A stretch of DNA of 64,000 nt from Alphaproteobacteria bacterium. GTDB lineage: Bacteria > Pseudomonadota > Alphaproteobacteria > JBFXJJ01. Positions 22,401-29,975 of the stretch are shown here, piece after piece. The translations under genes and the position numbers were made by a program. The stretch is taken from the NCBI GenBank assembly GCA_050175015.1, contig JBFXJJ010000001.1, positions 96,001 through 160,000 on the forward strand, given 5' to 3'. The notes beneath the pieces were generated by a model, which ran no database searches, was not told the origin of the DNA, and was given only the letters and a program-made list of their open reading frames with translations. The first letter of the stretch is position 1; the number at the start of each line of letters is the position of its first letter.

Positions 22401-23121
22401 AATATATTTTAGGTGAATATTCTGATGTAAAATTATCTCTTAGCCAACCTATCCACTGCAAAAAATTTGGGTCATTTGCAGAAAACCCAATAAGACACAG
22501 AGTGTTTTCTAATAAAGATTGCTGAACCGTATTAACAAAGGGTTCGAATTTTTTAGGATATTTTCTATAATCTTCTTCTGTGATAATAAAAGGTCGTATT
22601 GTAGGAAAACTTCCATGTAGTTTAATAATCCTTGGGTTATCGGCATTTTGCAGATCTTCTGTCGTCGTTACTATATCGTATTTAACTTTATTCCATGGCT
22701 TTACCTTACAAGCCCTTTCTAACAGTGTGTCATAATTTGTGGTAAAAACATCAACCCATGGCAGTTCCAAAAGTTTTGAATGCAATAGGGATGGTTCGTA
22801 TTTCAAGTCGGGGATATTGTCTGTTAGAAATTGATTTAAAACTGTTCTACCAAAAACAGCTTCTACTTCTTCCGCAAGCTTTAATACATCTAAATATCTG
22901 GATTCTTCTGGTTTGTATCCATAGAGTTTTTCATAAAACTTATCGCCTAAAGCATCCCAGCTTGGAAAAGCATTTAGATCGTCTGATGCAGCATTTTTAC
23001 TAAAACCAGCTCCAATCATTACCGCAGCATGGCCCGAATAAAGCCGATCTGCTATTTCATCAATAAGTACGTTTGTCTCATCATAAAATATGCTATCCAT
23101 ATTATCCATCGCAACACTCAA
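19408..23121 (-). CDS. Large SIR2-domain protein, defence-associated sirtuin (Dsr1-like)
   Basis: N-terminal SIR2 motifs GAGFS, TTNYD, KLHGS, IGFSANDPNF; ~950-aa helical C-terminal region; 1237 aa; island context. Confidence 0.8.
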   Translation of the reverse strand: MSVAMDNMDSIFYDETNVLIDEIADRLYSGHAAVMIGAGFSKNAASDDLNAFPSWDALGDKFYEKLYGYKPEESRYLDVLKLAEEVEAVFGRTVLNQFLTDNIPDLKYEPSLLHSKLLELPWVDVFTTNYDTLLERACKVKPWNKVKYDIVTTTEDLQNADNPRIIKLHGSFPTIRPFIITEEDYRKYPKKFEPFVNTVQQSLLENTLCLIGFSANDPNFLQWIGWLRDNFTSEYSPKIYLVTASRPTHSQYKLFEKRNIVVVDLSQQVRTNTNVSNFHYKALEYFLKKLKYKKPYNYNWPKEYHQKEELKELIPLWKKDRENYPGWCILPHNLREKLLTFTELHRFISSDEKKFPIPTDIKFMYELVWRLERCLYPLHHYEAEFIKKLLKKYLPFETLLNHKKEVVVCYDDKKYESLPWDDIKNAWIYLSFSLLRYFREKGKHNEWKKIKNKIEKIEGYLSAEQRARFYYECVLQDLFTFIVPDIEKTLNKWKKDETLPFWEAKRAGVLAELGRIEEAQSILEQSLNTIRLKINLKPTKDDLSLVSQEAYILWSFRKVSFSVRAKQGNYGDKNSSNIENHWNQFKIFGIDPEIENLLFSQALTREATIYREKIEKTDFDIGVIKSSYHWDIRGDKDYILAKQFLRFIEEIGSPFKVPMVNFAIREGNGVCKRIYKYNPYLAFIVQLRCGDRKNIDDFFSRSFFNQFDQKQTDLQIEFILDILEKNQTEIRDGNTYDKPNFGILFAQIGSDILSRLCSKASLSKKDQLLYFLQTIYLSNQKNKYAGIKNLVRRLIESYNPYELWKRIPKLLSFPILDNLSDMAKDEFMNPFYFVTFDKDLLKDWARSEFAEIQINELIKYTDSGNANGRAWAIISLAKLHEYGLLTEEQNNNFAKALWSKVDNNGLPENMDFYKFVLLTLPSPKETFVNDLVKNYVLKLPLPTTNGNKSYTGTRGKIEFCDELIGLGDKQIWSIKDIKGILDRLVEWWDADKEELRNEENKKIMLFGSRYDEFKARFCALIRVLFYMIIPNLDQIVDAKTKRTLSKLIKELEIYELHNVQLKVAALNIFPEWKEEIVTEITNNIASNDEETININLHAGLVLLKKLNIDFSKSKLEGLISFVAQAVCWRRKLALSSSMHFVTEAIKIRPDLLNESAQRLVLQGLEYLAKETSPQNDTTVKEEADKLLIRQNSARLAYALYSYFLEREQDISEEINVWKQICQDTNEFSEVRNQWPRY

Positions 23122-23631
23122 AAATCCATAGGTTAAAAAAAGTATTGTAACTCTCTGGATTGCTTATAGCAAAATGATTTGTGCCTTTTTGAACTTATTT
23201 CCTCAACACCACTTCTGATCTTTCAAAAACATCTTCCAGAAAGGAGAATTGGATGGTAATGTTGGCGGTTTGGAAGGCCTAGCGAGGATTATAGTATTGA
23301 TAACGCAAGTTTTAATTATAACTTTAAGCTTGAAGGAGGCAAAATAATCTTTATGAATACCTAGATAAAAATGTAAAGCCAAAACGTATTGAATTTTGCA
23401 AGGAAAACAAAAAAAATCTGGAAAAAAGGCAAAAAGTGTTGTCAATGTGAAGGCAAAAATCTTTAGCTTTTCCATAGCTAAGGAGACGTTTTTTATGATT
23501 AAAAATCACTGTTATTCTTTAGTATTATAATAATTACCTCTTAAACACAATTTCTAAATACTTTAATAGTACATTAAACTTTGTATCTAAAACGCTTTTA
23601 AAAGTTAGCTTAAGCTTTATATCTAAATTAG

Positions 23632-25317
23632 TTATTGCTCAATATCCTGAGTTGTATCGAAAAAGATATCTACTTCTATTTTAGGAAAAAACATAAAATC
23701 TACAAAAGATACAACCTCGTTTCCTTCCTCGTTTTCTGATATTACAAAGCCATCAAAACGGTTAAAAGTTATAGGACCAATGTGCCTTAACAATCTGCAA
23801 TATGAAAAAAAATCTTTCCCAATTTTATTAAGAAAAGTAAAATATCTTATAGAAATAATATTTTCAACGTCTTCAACAACTTTAATGTTTTCATCTTTTT
23901 CAAATTTTTCAATATCCTTCGGCGTCATTATCTTACTATTTGCCAGATATTTTTGATTTAAATCTCTAAAAAAGTCTTGGAGCCTTCTTAATAAGGTTGC
24001 ATCATTGTTTTCATAGATAGGATTTCTTCCTACTTTCTTAAAATTGTATTTGCTAATTTCTTCTGCCAATTCAGTAAATGTATATTTTTTTTCGTTGTTT
24101 TTCTCTTTTATCAAAGTTGCTATAGCTAGTATTTCTCGTAAATGCTTTTTTGTATTTAGGTTAAACACCATATTTTCTTTTTTATTTTTATCAAATACAA
24201 GAATATCTATTTCGATATTTTCTATAGGTTTTTCTTCATTGTTTTCTTTGCCATTAGGATAAATTTTAACCTCAATGTTTCCAGATATTCTTTCTATTAA
24301 CTGTTCAAAGTCTTTTTGTAATACATTAACATTCTCAAAATGATAAAATATGTTTTTTGATTCATGCAAATTATTTTTTAGATAGTCCTTAAAAGACTCA
24401 ATTTTTTCAGGGGCTTCCTCTTTTTCAAAAGGTTTTACTGAAGAAGGCCTGTTTTCAAGAATTACCTTAGAGTAACAGCTATCATAATGCGACTTTTCAT
24501 TATCTAATTTAACATAAGGAATTGTTTTAAATTTATTAAATCTACTTTTCAAAGTTGCTTCATCACCTAAAACATGAACAGAAAAACCTCTGGTATTGTC
24601 AATTTGATCTTTTATGAATTTTTTGTATGTATTATCAAGCTTTAAGCTTTGGATTGGAAAAGCGTTGTTTCCAGAGTAATCAAATACATATTTATTTCTA
24701 CCCCATAAAGAATAATTTTCCGTAAAACTAAAAATATTTTTTCTGTCATCTAACATATAAATTAACTTCCCAAGAGTAAGAAACTCCAATGACTCAAAAT
24801 CTGTTAATGTCTTTATTGAAAGCATTCTACATATTAAAATATCTACGAGTATGATTTCTTGCTGATTTTGACTCAATTTGTTGAATTCAGTTTTTGATAT
24901 TCCAATGGAGAAAAAATCATCTATAGAATACCTATCGATTTTCATATCTTTGTATAATGCTAAGAGCTCTGTTCTATTAGGAACTATAGGCCCAACCTTT
25001 TCATTTTCGTCAAAGTCTTGTGAGGTCATTTTCCCAAAACTAAGCACTTTTAAAAAATTAGCTCCAGATTGATTTTTTCGTTCCTCTTCAGGAAAATGAA
25101 CTTCATAGCGATTTAGTTCATTATATAACTCATCGATATTAGTAAAATTTTTATTAGGTGAACGTTTTAACCAAAGTCTTAATAAAATAAAAATGTTTTT
25201 TAAGCTTATTGTTTCTTCTGGATTAACAATAAACTTACTCATCTCATCAATAATATCAACCGTTGTATTTTCAGACAAATTATTAAATATCCTTCGTTTA
25301 TTCAATAATATTCGCAA
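23632..25317 (-). CDS. Hypothetical protein (561 aa)
   Basis: Long ORF; start uncertain; no recognised domain. Confidence 0.65.
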   Translation of the reverse strand: MRILLNKRRIFNNLSENTTVDIIDEMSKFIVNPEETISLKNIFILLRLWLKRSPNKNFTNIDELYNELNRYEVHFPEEERKNQSGANFLKVLSFGKMTSQDFDENEKVGPIVPNRTELLALYKDMKIDRYSIDDFFSIGISKTEFNKLSQNQQEIILVDILICRMLSIKTLTDFESLEFLTLGKLIYMLDDRKNIFSFTENYSLWGRNKYVFDYSGNNAFPIQSLKLDNTYKKFIKDQIDNTRGFSVHVLGDEATLKSRFNKFKTIPYVKLDNEKSHYDSCYSKVILENRPSSVKPFEKEEAPEKIESFKDYLKNNLHESKNIFYHFENVNVLQKDFEQLIERISGNIEVKIYPNGKENNEEKPIENIEIDILVFDKNKKENMVFNLNTKKHLREILAIATLIKEKNNEKKYTFTELAEEISKYNFKKVGRNPIYENNDATLLRRLQDFFRDLNQKYLANSKIMTPKDIEKFEKDENIKVVEDVENIISIRYFTFLNKIGKDFFSYCRLLRHIGPITFNRFDGFVISENEEGNEVVSFVDFMFFPKIEVDIFFDTTQDIEQ

Positions 25318-25485
25318 TAAATTTTAACCTACAGAAAACAATCTGTATAGAAAATTAAGTATCCCCCTTTTATCATTTTTTCCTAATTTATAAAGAAAAG
25401 CGAAAATGCAAAACCATTATTTTTGTGTGACAATTCAAGGTGTTGCCAATAGTGGTAGCAATAAATTTTTTAAACGAGGTTTTTA

Positions 25486-26190
25486 ATGACTGAAGCTAAA
25501 AGTAAATTTCTGGGCGAATTTCCCAACGAATACAATAAGTACGAATATAAGAGCAATTTTAGGTTATCAGACGATCGCCGTCATACAGCTATACTTTTAC
25601 AAGGGTTTGAGAGGTATATTAATAAAATCCCAGTTTATCATTTAAATACTATACCTAGTATTACAACAGCAAGCTTTCAACTAGGTATAGACTTTTCTGA
25701 ATATAACTTCAATGTCTTTTACGATAGGCGTGTTATGATTGAACCTAAGACTATTCAAGCCTTAGGAGAGAAGAGTTTTGAACTCTTGAAAAAAGAACTG
25801 ATACGATGTGAGGCAAGATTTATTGGAGAAAGTTACAATGATCCCAATCCAGTTTCTATAACTGATACGGGTGATGGCGTTGATAAGAAAAAAGTTGATT
25901 TCTTTGGCGAAAACCTAACTTGCTCTGTACCTATGATGAACGATGATAACCAACATCATGTAATTATTATTAAGGGTTTCAGAATGTTGCCCTCAGAATG
26001 CGAAGAATTTAATTATCAATTTTTAACTCCCGAAGGTAAATGGCAGGATGAATTCAGTGATTCTTGGGAAATTCTTGAGTATAGAGGAATCTCTTATATT
26101 GAGAAAATGATAAATAAAGGTCTTCAAATAAATCTGGCTTTTGATTTTAAAGATCATTTAGAAAAACTAACACTAGAACAATGTGCTTAA
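25486..26190 (+). CDS. Hypothetical protein (234 aa)
   Basis: GAGGT RBS; divergent from the 561-aa ORF. Confidence 0.7.
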   Translation: MTEAKSKFLGEFPNEYNKYEYKSNFRLSDDRRHTAILLQGFERYINKIPVYHLNTIPSITTASFQLGIDFSEYNFNVFYDRRVMIEPKTIQALGEKSFELLKKELIRCEARFIGESYNDPNPVSITDTGDGVDKKKVDFFGENLTCSVPMMNDDNQHHVIIIKGFRMLPSECEEFNYQFLTPEGKWQDEFSDSWEILEYRGISYIEKMINKGLQINLAFDFKDHLEKLTLEQCA

Positions 26191-26205
26191 TTCAATATGG
26201 CATAA

Positions 26206-26245
26206 ATGCAGTGAGGGGATAACCCTCACCGCATAAATTTTTTTT
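26206..26245 (+). terminator. Terminator-like hairpin upstream of the HUH gene
   Basis: ATGCAGTGAGGG-GATAA-CCCTCACCGCAT, then AAA and T8. Confidence 0.55.
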
Positions 26246-26262
26246 AATAACCTAAACAAAGG

Positions 26263-26913
26263 ATGGCCATAATGGACCAAATGAACCCCTATGCCCAAAT
26301 GGCACCAAGTCCCAGCATTATTCGCAGGAATGCTGTTCGTAGAGAACAAAATCTTTATTCAAAAACTTTTAAAAAGTTACGTGGAAGATGGAAAGATCTA
26401 AGCCCTAAAGAAGAGCTCGTAATAATTTTTAATAACATTATCAATTATAGATATTTAATATTTACTCTTGTTTTATCTATAGGCTTTACCAAAAAATTAA
26501 AAGGGTTGAGCAACAAAGAAATGACAGACCTAGTCCGCCGCAGATTGAATACTAATTTTAAAAACAACCTTGGGTATCTACCAAAAATACTGTTTATTTT
26601 AGAAGGACAAGAAAGTCAATGCCTCCATTTGCATGGTGTAATTGGACCTAAATCCGATCTCATCCTTTCACAAAAGCAAAAAGAACGGATAGCTAAAATA
26701 ATGAAAAAAACAGCCTTCGGACCTGATTACAAAAATAACCCAATGTCAAAAAATATATTGCGACTAGGAGAAGTCTATGCTCCTAAGGGATGGCTACGTT
26801 ATATGGCAAAAGACTTTAAGAACACAAAAAAAGCCATCTATTCACAATTTTATATTTGCCATGATTTAAGAAGAGAGGCTAAAAAATATTATGAAAAAAC
26901 GCTCATTTGCTAA
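26263..26913 (+). CDS. HUH endonuclease, rolling-circle Rep/relaxase-like
   Basis: RCR motifs in the correct order: I 'IFTL', II 'LE...LHLHGVI', III 'WLRYMAKD' (YxxK). Confidence 0.7.
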   Translation: MAIMDQMNPYAQMAPSPSIIRRNAVRREQNLYSKTFKKLRGRWKDLSPKEELVIIFNNIINYRYLIFTLVLSIGFTKKLKGLSNKEMTDLVRRRLNTNFKNNLGYLPKILFILEGQESQCLHLHGVIGPKSDLILSQKQKERIAKIMKKTAFGPDYKNNPMSKNILRLGEVYAPKGWLRYMAKDFKNTKKAIYSQFYICHDLRREAKKYYEKTLIC

Positions 26914-27026
26914 GAAAATACTATGTGGTGAAACATGATGTTGTAATGGAAGACGTTGTTTTGGATCCAAATCTTAAAACAAGCGAAGAATTCTTTAATG
27001 GCCTGTAAAATAACGGCTGCTAACCA

Positions 27027-27059
27027 TGATAAAGGCAACTATTACAGTTGCCTTTATCA
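27027..27059 (+). other. Perfect 14-bp stem-loop with AACTATTAC; putative nick site (dso/oriT)
   Basis: TGATAAAGGCAACT-ATTAC-AGTTGCCTTTATCA; ~110 bp downstream of the HUH gene; no adjacent U tract. Confidence 0.55.
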
Positions 27060-27180
27060 CATAAAATTGTTGTTTTTTGTGTTAACTCTTTTAACTTTAC
27101 CTGAGGGACGTTTCAAATATTTTGCCATATCGGAATCACAGCAAAACACACTCACAATTAAAGGAGTGCTTTTATATATT

Positions 27181-27204
27181 CTCTCGGAAAGGGTTGCTAC
27201 GCCC
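27181..27204 (-). promoter_or_regulatory. Second putative antisense target site (a2/b2-like)
   Basis: Plus strand CTCTCGGAAAGGGTTGCTACGCCC, near-identical to 27921-27946. Confidence 0.55.
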
Positions 27205-27328
27205 CAGTTTTACAAGTTAAAATGTAAAACCAATTTAATTATTACTAGCTCGTTTTAAAAAAGCAAATATTTTTTACTTTTTTTGTATTTGTATTTGTTT
27301 TCAAATACATATTATTACTTTGATAAAA

Positions 27329-27727
27329 CTACTTAGGATTTTTTTCACGCCACCTTCTAAACGTATCAATATCATCTCTTACTAGTTTTAAGCACAGCAT
27401 TATAACCATAGCATCATCAGCAAGACCAATAATAGGAATAAAATCAGGAATAAGGTCAATTGGGCTAAAAACGTAAAGCAAGGCAACAACCATTGCCGCA
27501 ATTGAACTCCAAGGGATTTCTGTATAAGTATTGTCCCAGTAACAAGATACCATATCAAACATAGTCTTAACATCATCAATATATTCACTTAATAAAGATG
27601 AATCTCCGACTTTGTTAATTACTTCGTCTTTGTTTTTTAGAGCTTTCTCTAAATCTTTATTAGAAATAGATGCGGCTTGCTCTTTAATAAAGCTTTCGTT
27701 GATTTGTTCTTTATAATTTTGATTCAT
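27329..27727 (-). CDS. YkvA/DUF1232 family membrane protein
   Basis: LLYVFSPIDLIPDFIPIIGLADD; start at ATG 27727 after a GAGGA RBS. Confidence 0.88.
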   Translation of the reverse strand: MNQNYKEQINESFIKEQAASISNKDLEKALKNKDEVINKVGDSSLLSEYIDDVKTMFDMVSCYWDNTYTEIPWSSIAAMVVALLYVFSPIDLIPDFIPIIGLADDAMVIMLCLKLVRDDIDTFRRWREKNPK

Positions 27728-27782
27728 TTTAATATCCTCTTGTTTGATAAAACCAAAAGACCACCAGATATAACGATCTGGC

Positions 27783-27880
27783 GGTCGGGGTGTTAGCAAC
27801 CTATCCAAGAGAAAAGGCGATCAGATTTTGGTTACAATTCAAAGATTGTAACTTGGACATATACTGATACCACCCCGACC
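27783..27880 (-). ncRNA. Structured RNA resembling phage C4/CI antisense RNAs
   Basis: Closing stem GGTCGGGGTG/CACCCCGACC; inner stems ATCAG/CTGAT and GTTACAAT/ATTGTAAC; segment CTCTTGGATAGGTTGCTA complementary to upstream and downstream sites. Confidence 0.55.
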
Positions 27881-27920
27881 ATAGATAAGGTCGAGGCGAC
27901 ATTTCTCGGCTTGTCTGCCG

Positions 27921-27946
27921 CTCTTGGAAAAAGGGTTGCTACGCCC
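27921..27946 (-). promoter_or_regulatory. First putative antisense target site (a1/b1-like)
   Basis: Minus strand GGGCGTAGCAACCCTTTTTCCAAGAG can pair with the RNA segment at 27794-27811. Confidence 0.55.
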
Positions 27947-28399
27947 TTGCTTACTTATAATTTAAGCAAGCAAAACAGATTATCTTTAAATATTGCATTT
28001 AAAGCAAGAGATTATTTCTCAATAAAACTATCATTGTAATAGAATGCGATATTCTTAACTCAAGTGTTAAGACATGCGAAGAGTTCTTTATTAGCGTATA
28101 AAATAAGTATTATATAGAATAGTAAAGAAAAATAATCAAAAAAGACAACTGTAGTAGCTTAATTTTTTTTAATCAAATTATTCATAAGCATATTAGTCAA
28201 GCAAATTGTTTATTTTAATGGTTGCATACTGTTCAATAGCTGGGATTAGTTGTTTAAAAACAAATTCATAATGTTAAATGCTTTTATACTTTCCTCATCA
28301 AAATTGTAGTTTAGCAAGATATTGCTATGAATTGTTGATTGTTATGTCATTCAATTTCAACAGCTTTCATTTATTTGTTTTCAAATTATAAGAATAGTT

Positions 28400-29251
28400 C
28401 TAACTGCCGATTATAGCAGCCTCAAATTTTTCTCTGTTTTTAATAATTACAGGAGCTTCTTTTGGGTTATCTAAAGCTTCTGCAATATCTAAACGCAGAC
28501 GTTTGCGGAAATAGTACAACAACGCACGGCGTATATTTATTCGAGAGCAGCCATCTTCCATATTGTAATCATGAGCAATAATTTTTTGCTGATTATCTCC
28601 TAACTTAGGGTTGGGAATTAGAACAACTTCAAAAGTATCATTCCACTCACTATCCTGCTGTCTTGAAACATTGGTTGCTTCTGGGTTGCGAACATCAAGG
28701 GTTCGAGAAAGAATAAAATCCTTAAATTTTTTATCGTCATGACAAAATGCTCGTGTGTGCCACCGAAGCCCATCGCTACCAAAAGCATGTGGTGTAATTC
28801 GTCGCCAAATTGGATCTGGTTTTTGATCGTTCATTGATTGATACAAGATTTCAATTGATGCTTGTTCTCTTATAGTATTTATGATTCTCTGTAAAATAGA
28901 CGAATCAATACGACGATAAGGAATAGGCATTACATCAACATAAGGAAAAACAGAAGCCTTGTTGTCTTGTTCCAAGTATAGTTGTCTTAGGTATTCGTCG
29001 GAATCTGGAGTGAAAAATTTCGGCTTAAATTCTTTTGAAGGAAAATATTTTTTTACACTCTTGTCATAACAGATGTTTTCCTGAGCCAATTCTTGATATT
29101 GGCTTAGATCTTTCGATGCCTGAGGCACTGATATATTAAAAAATTTTATAAGATCAGAGCGGTTTATTCCACCCTCCCAAAATAAACAAAACTCAATAAA
29201 TTCAAGACGTTGTTCAACACTCCAGCGAACATGTGATTTTTTGGCGACCAT
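28400..29251 (-). CDS. capW: WYL-domain transcriptional repressor, CapW/BrxR family
   Basis: 'EQRLEFIEFCLFWEGGINRSDLIKFFNISVPQASKDL' wHTH; 'RRITPHAF..DGLRWHTRAFC..FKDFILSR'; divergent from CBASS. Confidence 0.88.
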   Translation of the reverse strand: MVAKKSHVRWSVEQRLEFIEFCLFWEGGINRSDLIKFFNISVPQASKDLSQYQELAQENICYDKSVKKYFPSKEFKPKFFTPDSDEYLRQLYLEQDNKASVFPYVDVMPIPYRRIDSSILQRIINTIREQASIEILYQSMNDQKPDPIWRRITPHAFGSDGLRWHTRAFCHDDKKFKDFILSRTLDVRNPEATNVSRQQDSEWNDTFEVVLIPNPKLGDNQQKIIAHDYNMEDGCSRINIRRALLYYFRKRLRLDIAEALDNPKEAPVIIKNREKFEAAIIGS

Positions 29252-29264
29252 AAAACCTCCAATG

Positions 29265-29332
29265 AGTATATAAACTATATTGACATATAAACTATATTGA
29301 CATATAAACTATTTTCATATAGTTTATATACT
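29265..29332. promoter_or_regulatory. CBASS/capW divergent promoter with palindromic operator and 17-bp tandem duplication
   Basis: ATATAAACTAT-N6-ATAGTTTATAT at 29302-29329; TTGACA(29297)-17bp-TAGTTT; unit ATATAAACTATATTGAC present twice. Confidence 0.75.
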
Positions 29333-29371
29333 AATAAAGACAATCAGGTCAATAGCAAATTGGAGGCAGAT

Positions 29372-29605
29372 ATGTCAAAAAATGATCGATATGTAGTAAA
29401 CCACCCAGATGGTTGGGCGGTAAAAAAGTCTGGAGCGACGCGTGCAAGTGGTGTCTACGAAACACAAAAAGAAGCCATTGGTGCTGCTAAAGAAATTGTG
29501 GGGCACGCGGGTGGCGGAGAAGTCCGTATTCAGGGAACCAATGGAAAATGGCGTGATTCTGACACGGTATCTCCTGGTAACGATCCGCATCCACCCAAGG
29601 GTTAA
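29372..29605 (+). CDS. DUF2188 family small protein
   Basis: 'VV..DGWAVKKSGATRASGVYETQKEAI..A..I......V.I.G.NG..RD.D...GNDP.PPKG'; GGAGG RBS. Confidence 0.85.
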   Translation: MSKNDRYVVNHPDGWAVKKSGATRASGVYETQKEAIGAAKEIVGHAGGGEVRIQGTNGKWRDSDTVSPGNDPHPPKG

Positions 29606-29629
29606 TATCATAAAAAACGGAAAAGCATC

Positions 29630-29947
29630 ATGAACATTAAAGGTCTTAAGGAGTTTCAGAAGAAGCTTGAGCAATTGGAAGAAAATGCAAAATCTCTCGA
29701 TGGCCAACACAATATTGCTATTGCAGAACTGCTGACCCCAGAGTTTGTTTGCCATCACACGCAGTTTTCGTCTGTTGATGAGCTATTTGAAAACAGTGGT
29801 TTTCAGATTGAAAACTCAGATGATTTTGCCGCAATACCTGATAAAGAGTGGGATACATATATTCGTTCGGTTTCAAGTTTCAGTGATTGGCATACTATGC
29901 TTTCAAAAGCATCGGAAGAATGGGCCAAGAAAAAGCTTGGCCTTTAG
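29630..29947 (+). CDS. Hypothetical 105-aa protein in the CBASS operon
   Basis: Co-oriented with short spacers between DUF2188 and capV. Confidence 0.75.
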   Translation: MNIKGLKEFQKKLEQLEENAKSLDGQHNIAIAELLTPEFVCHHTQFSSVDELFENSGFQIENSDDFAAIPDKEWDTYIRSVSSFSDWHTMLSKASEEWAKKKLGL

Positions 29948-29975
29948 AAATTATCCTTAAAAAAGAGATACGGAT

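Noticed and set aside
23203-23475. 90-aa ORF between the sirtuin and the 561-aa gene
   Set aside because: No RBS or recognisable features; could be decayed sequence but cannot be supported
26956-27258. 100-aa plus-strand ORF
   Set aside because: TTG start, no RBS, no motifs; overlaps the hairpin and antisense target site
29268-29329. Mini CRISPR array
   Set aside because: Short abutting repeats with no unique spacers and no cas genes; better explained as operator plus promoter
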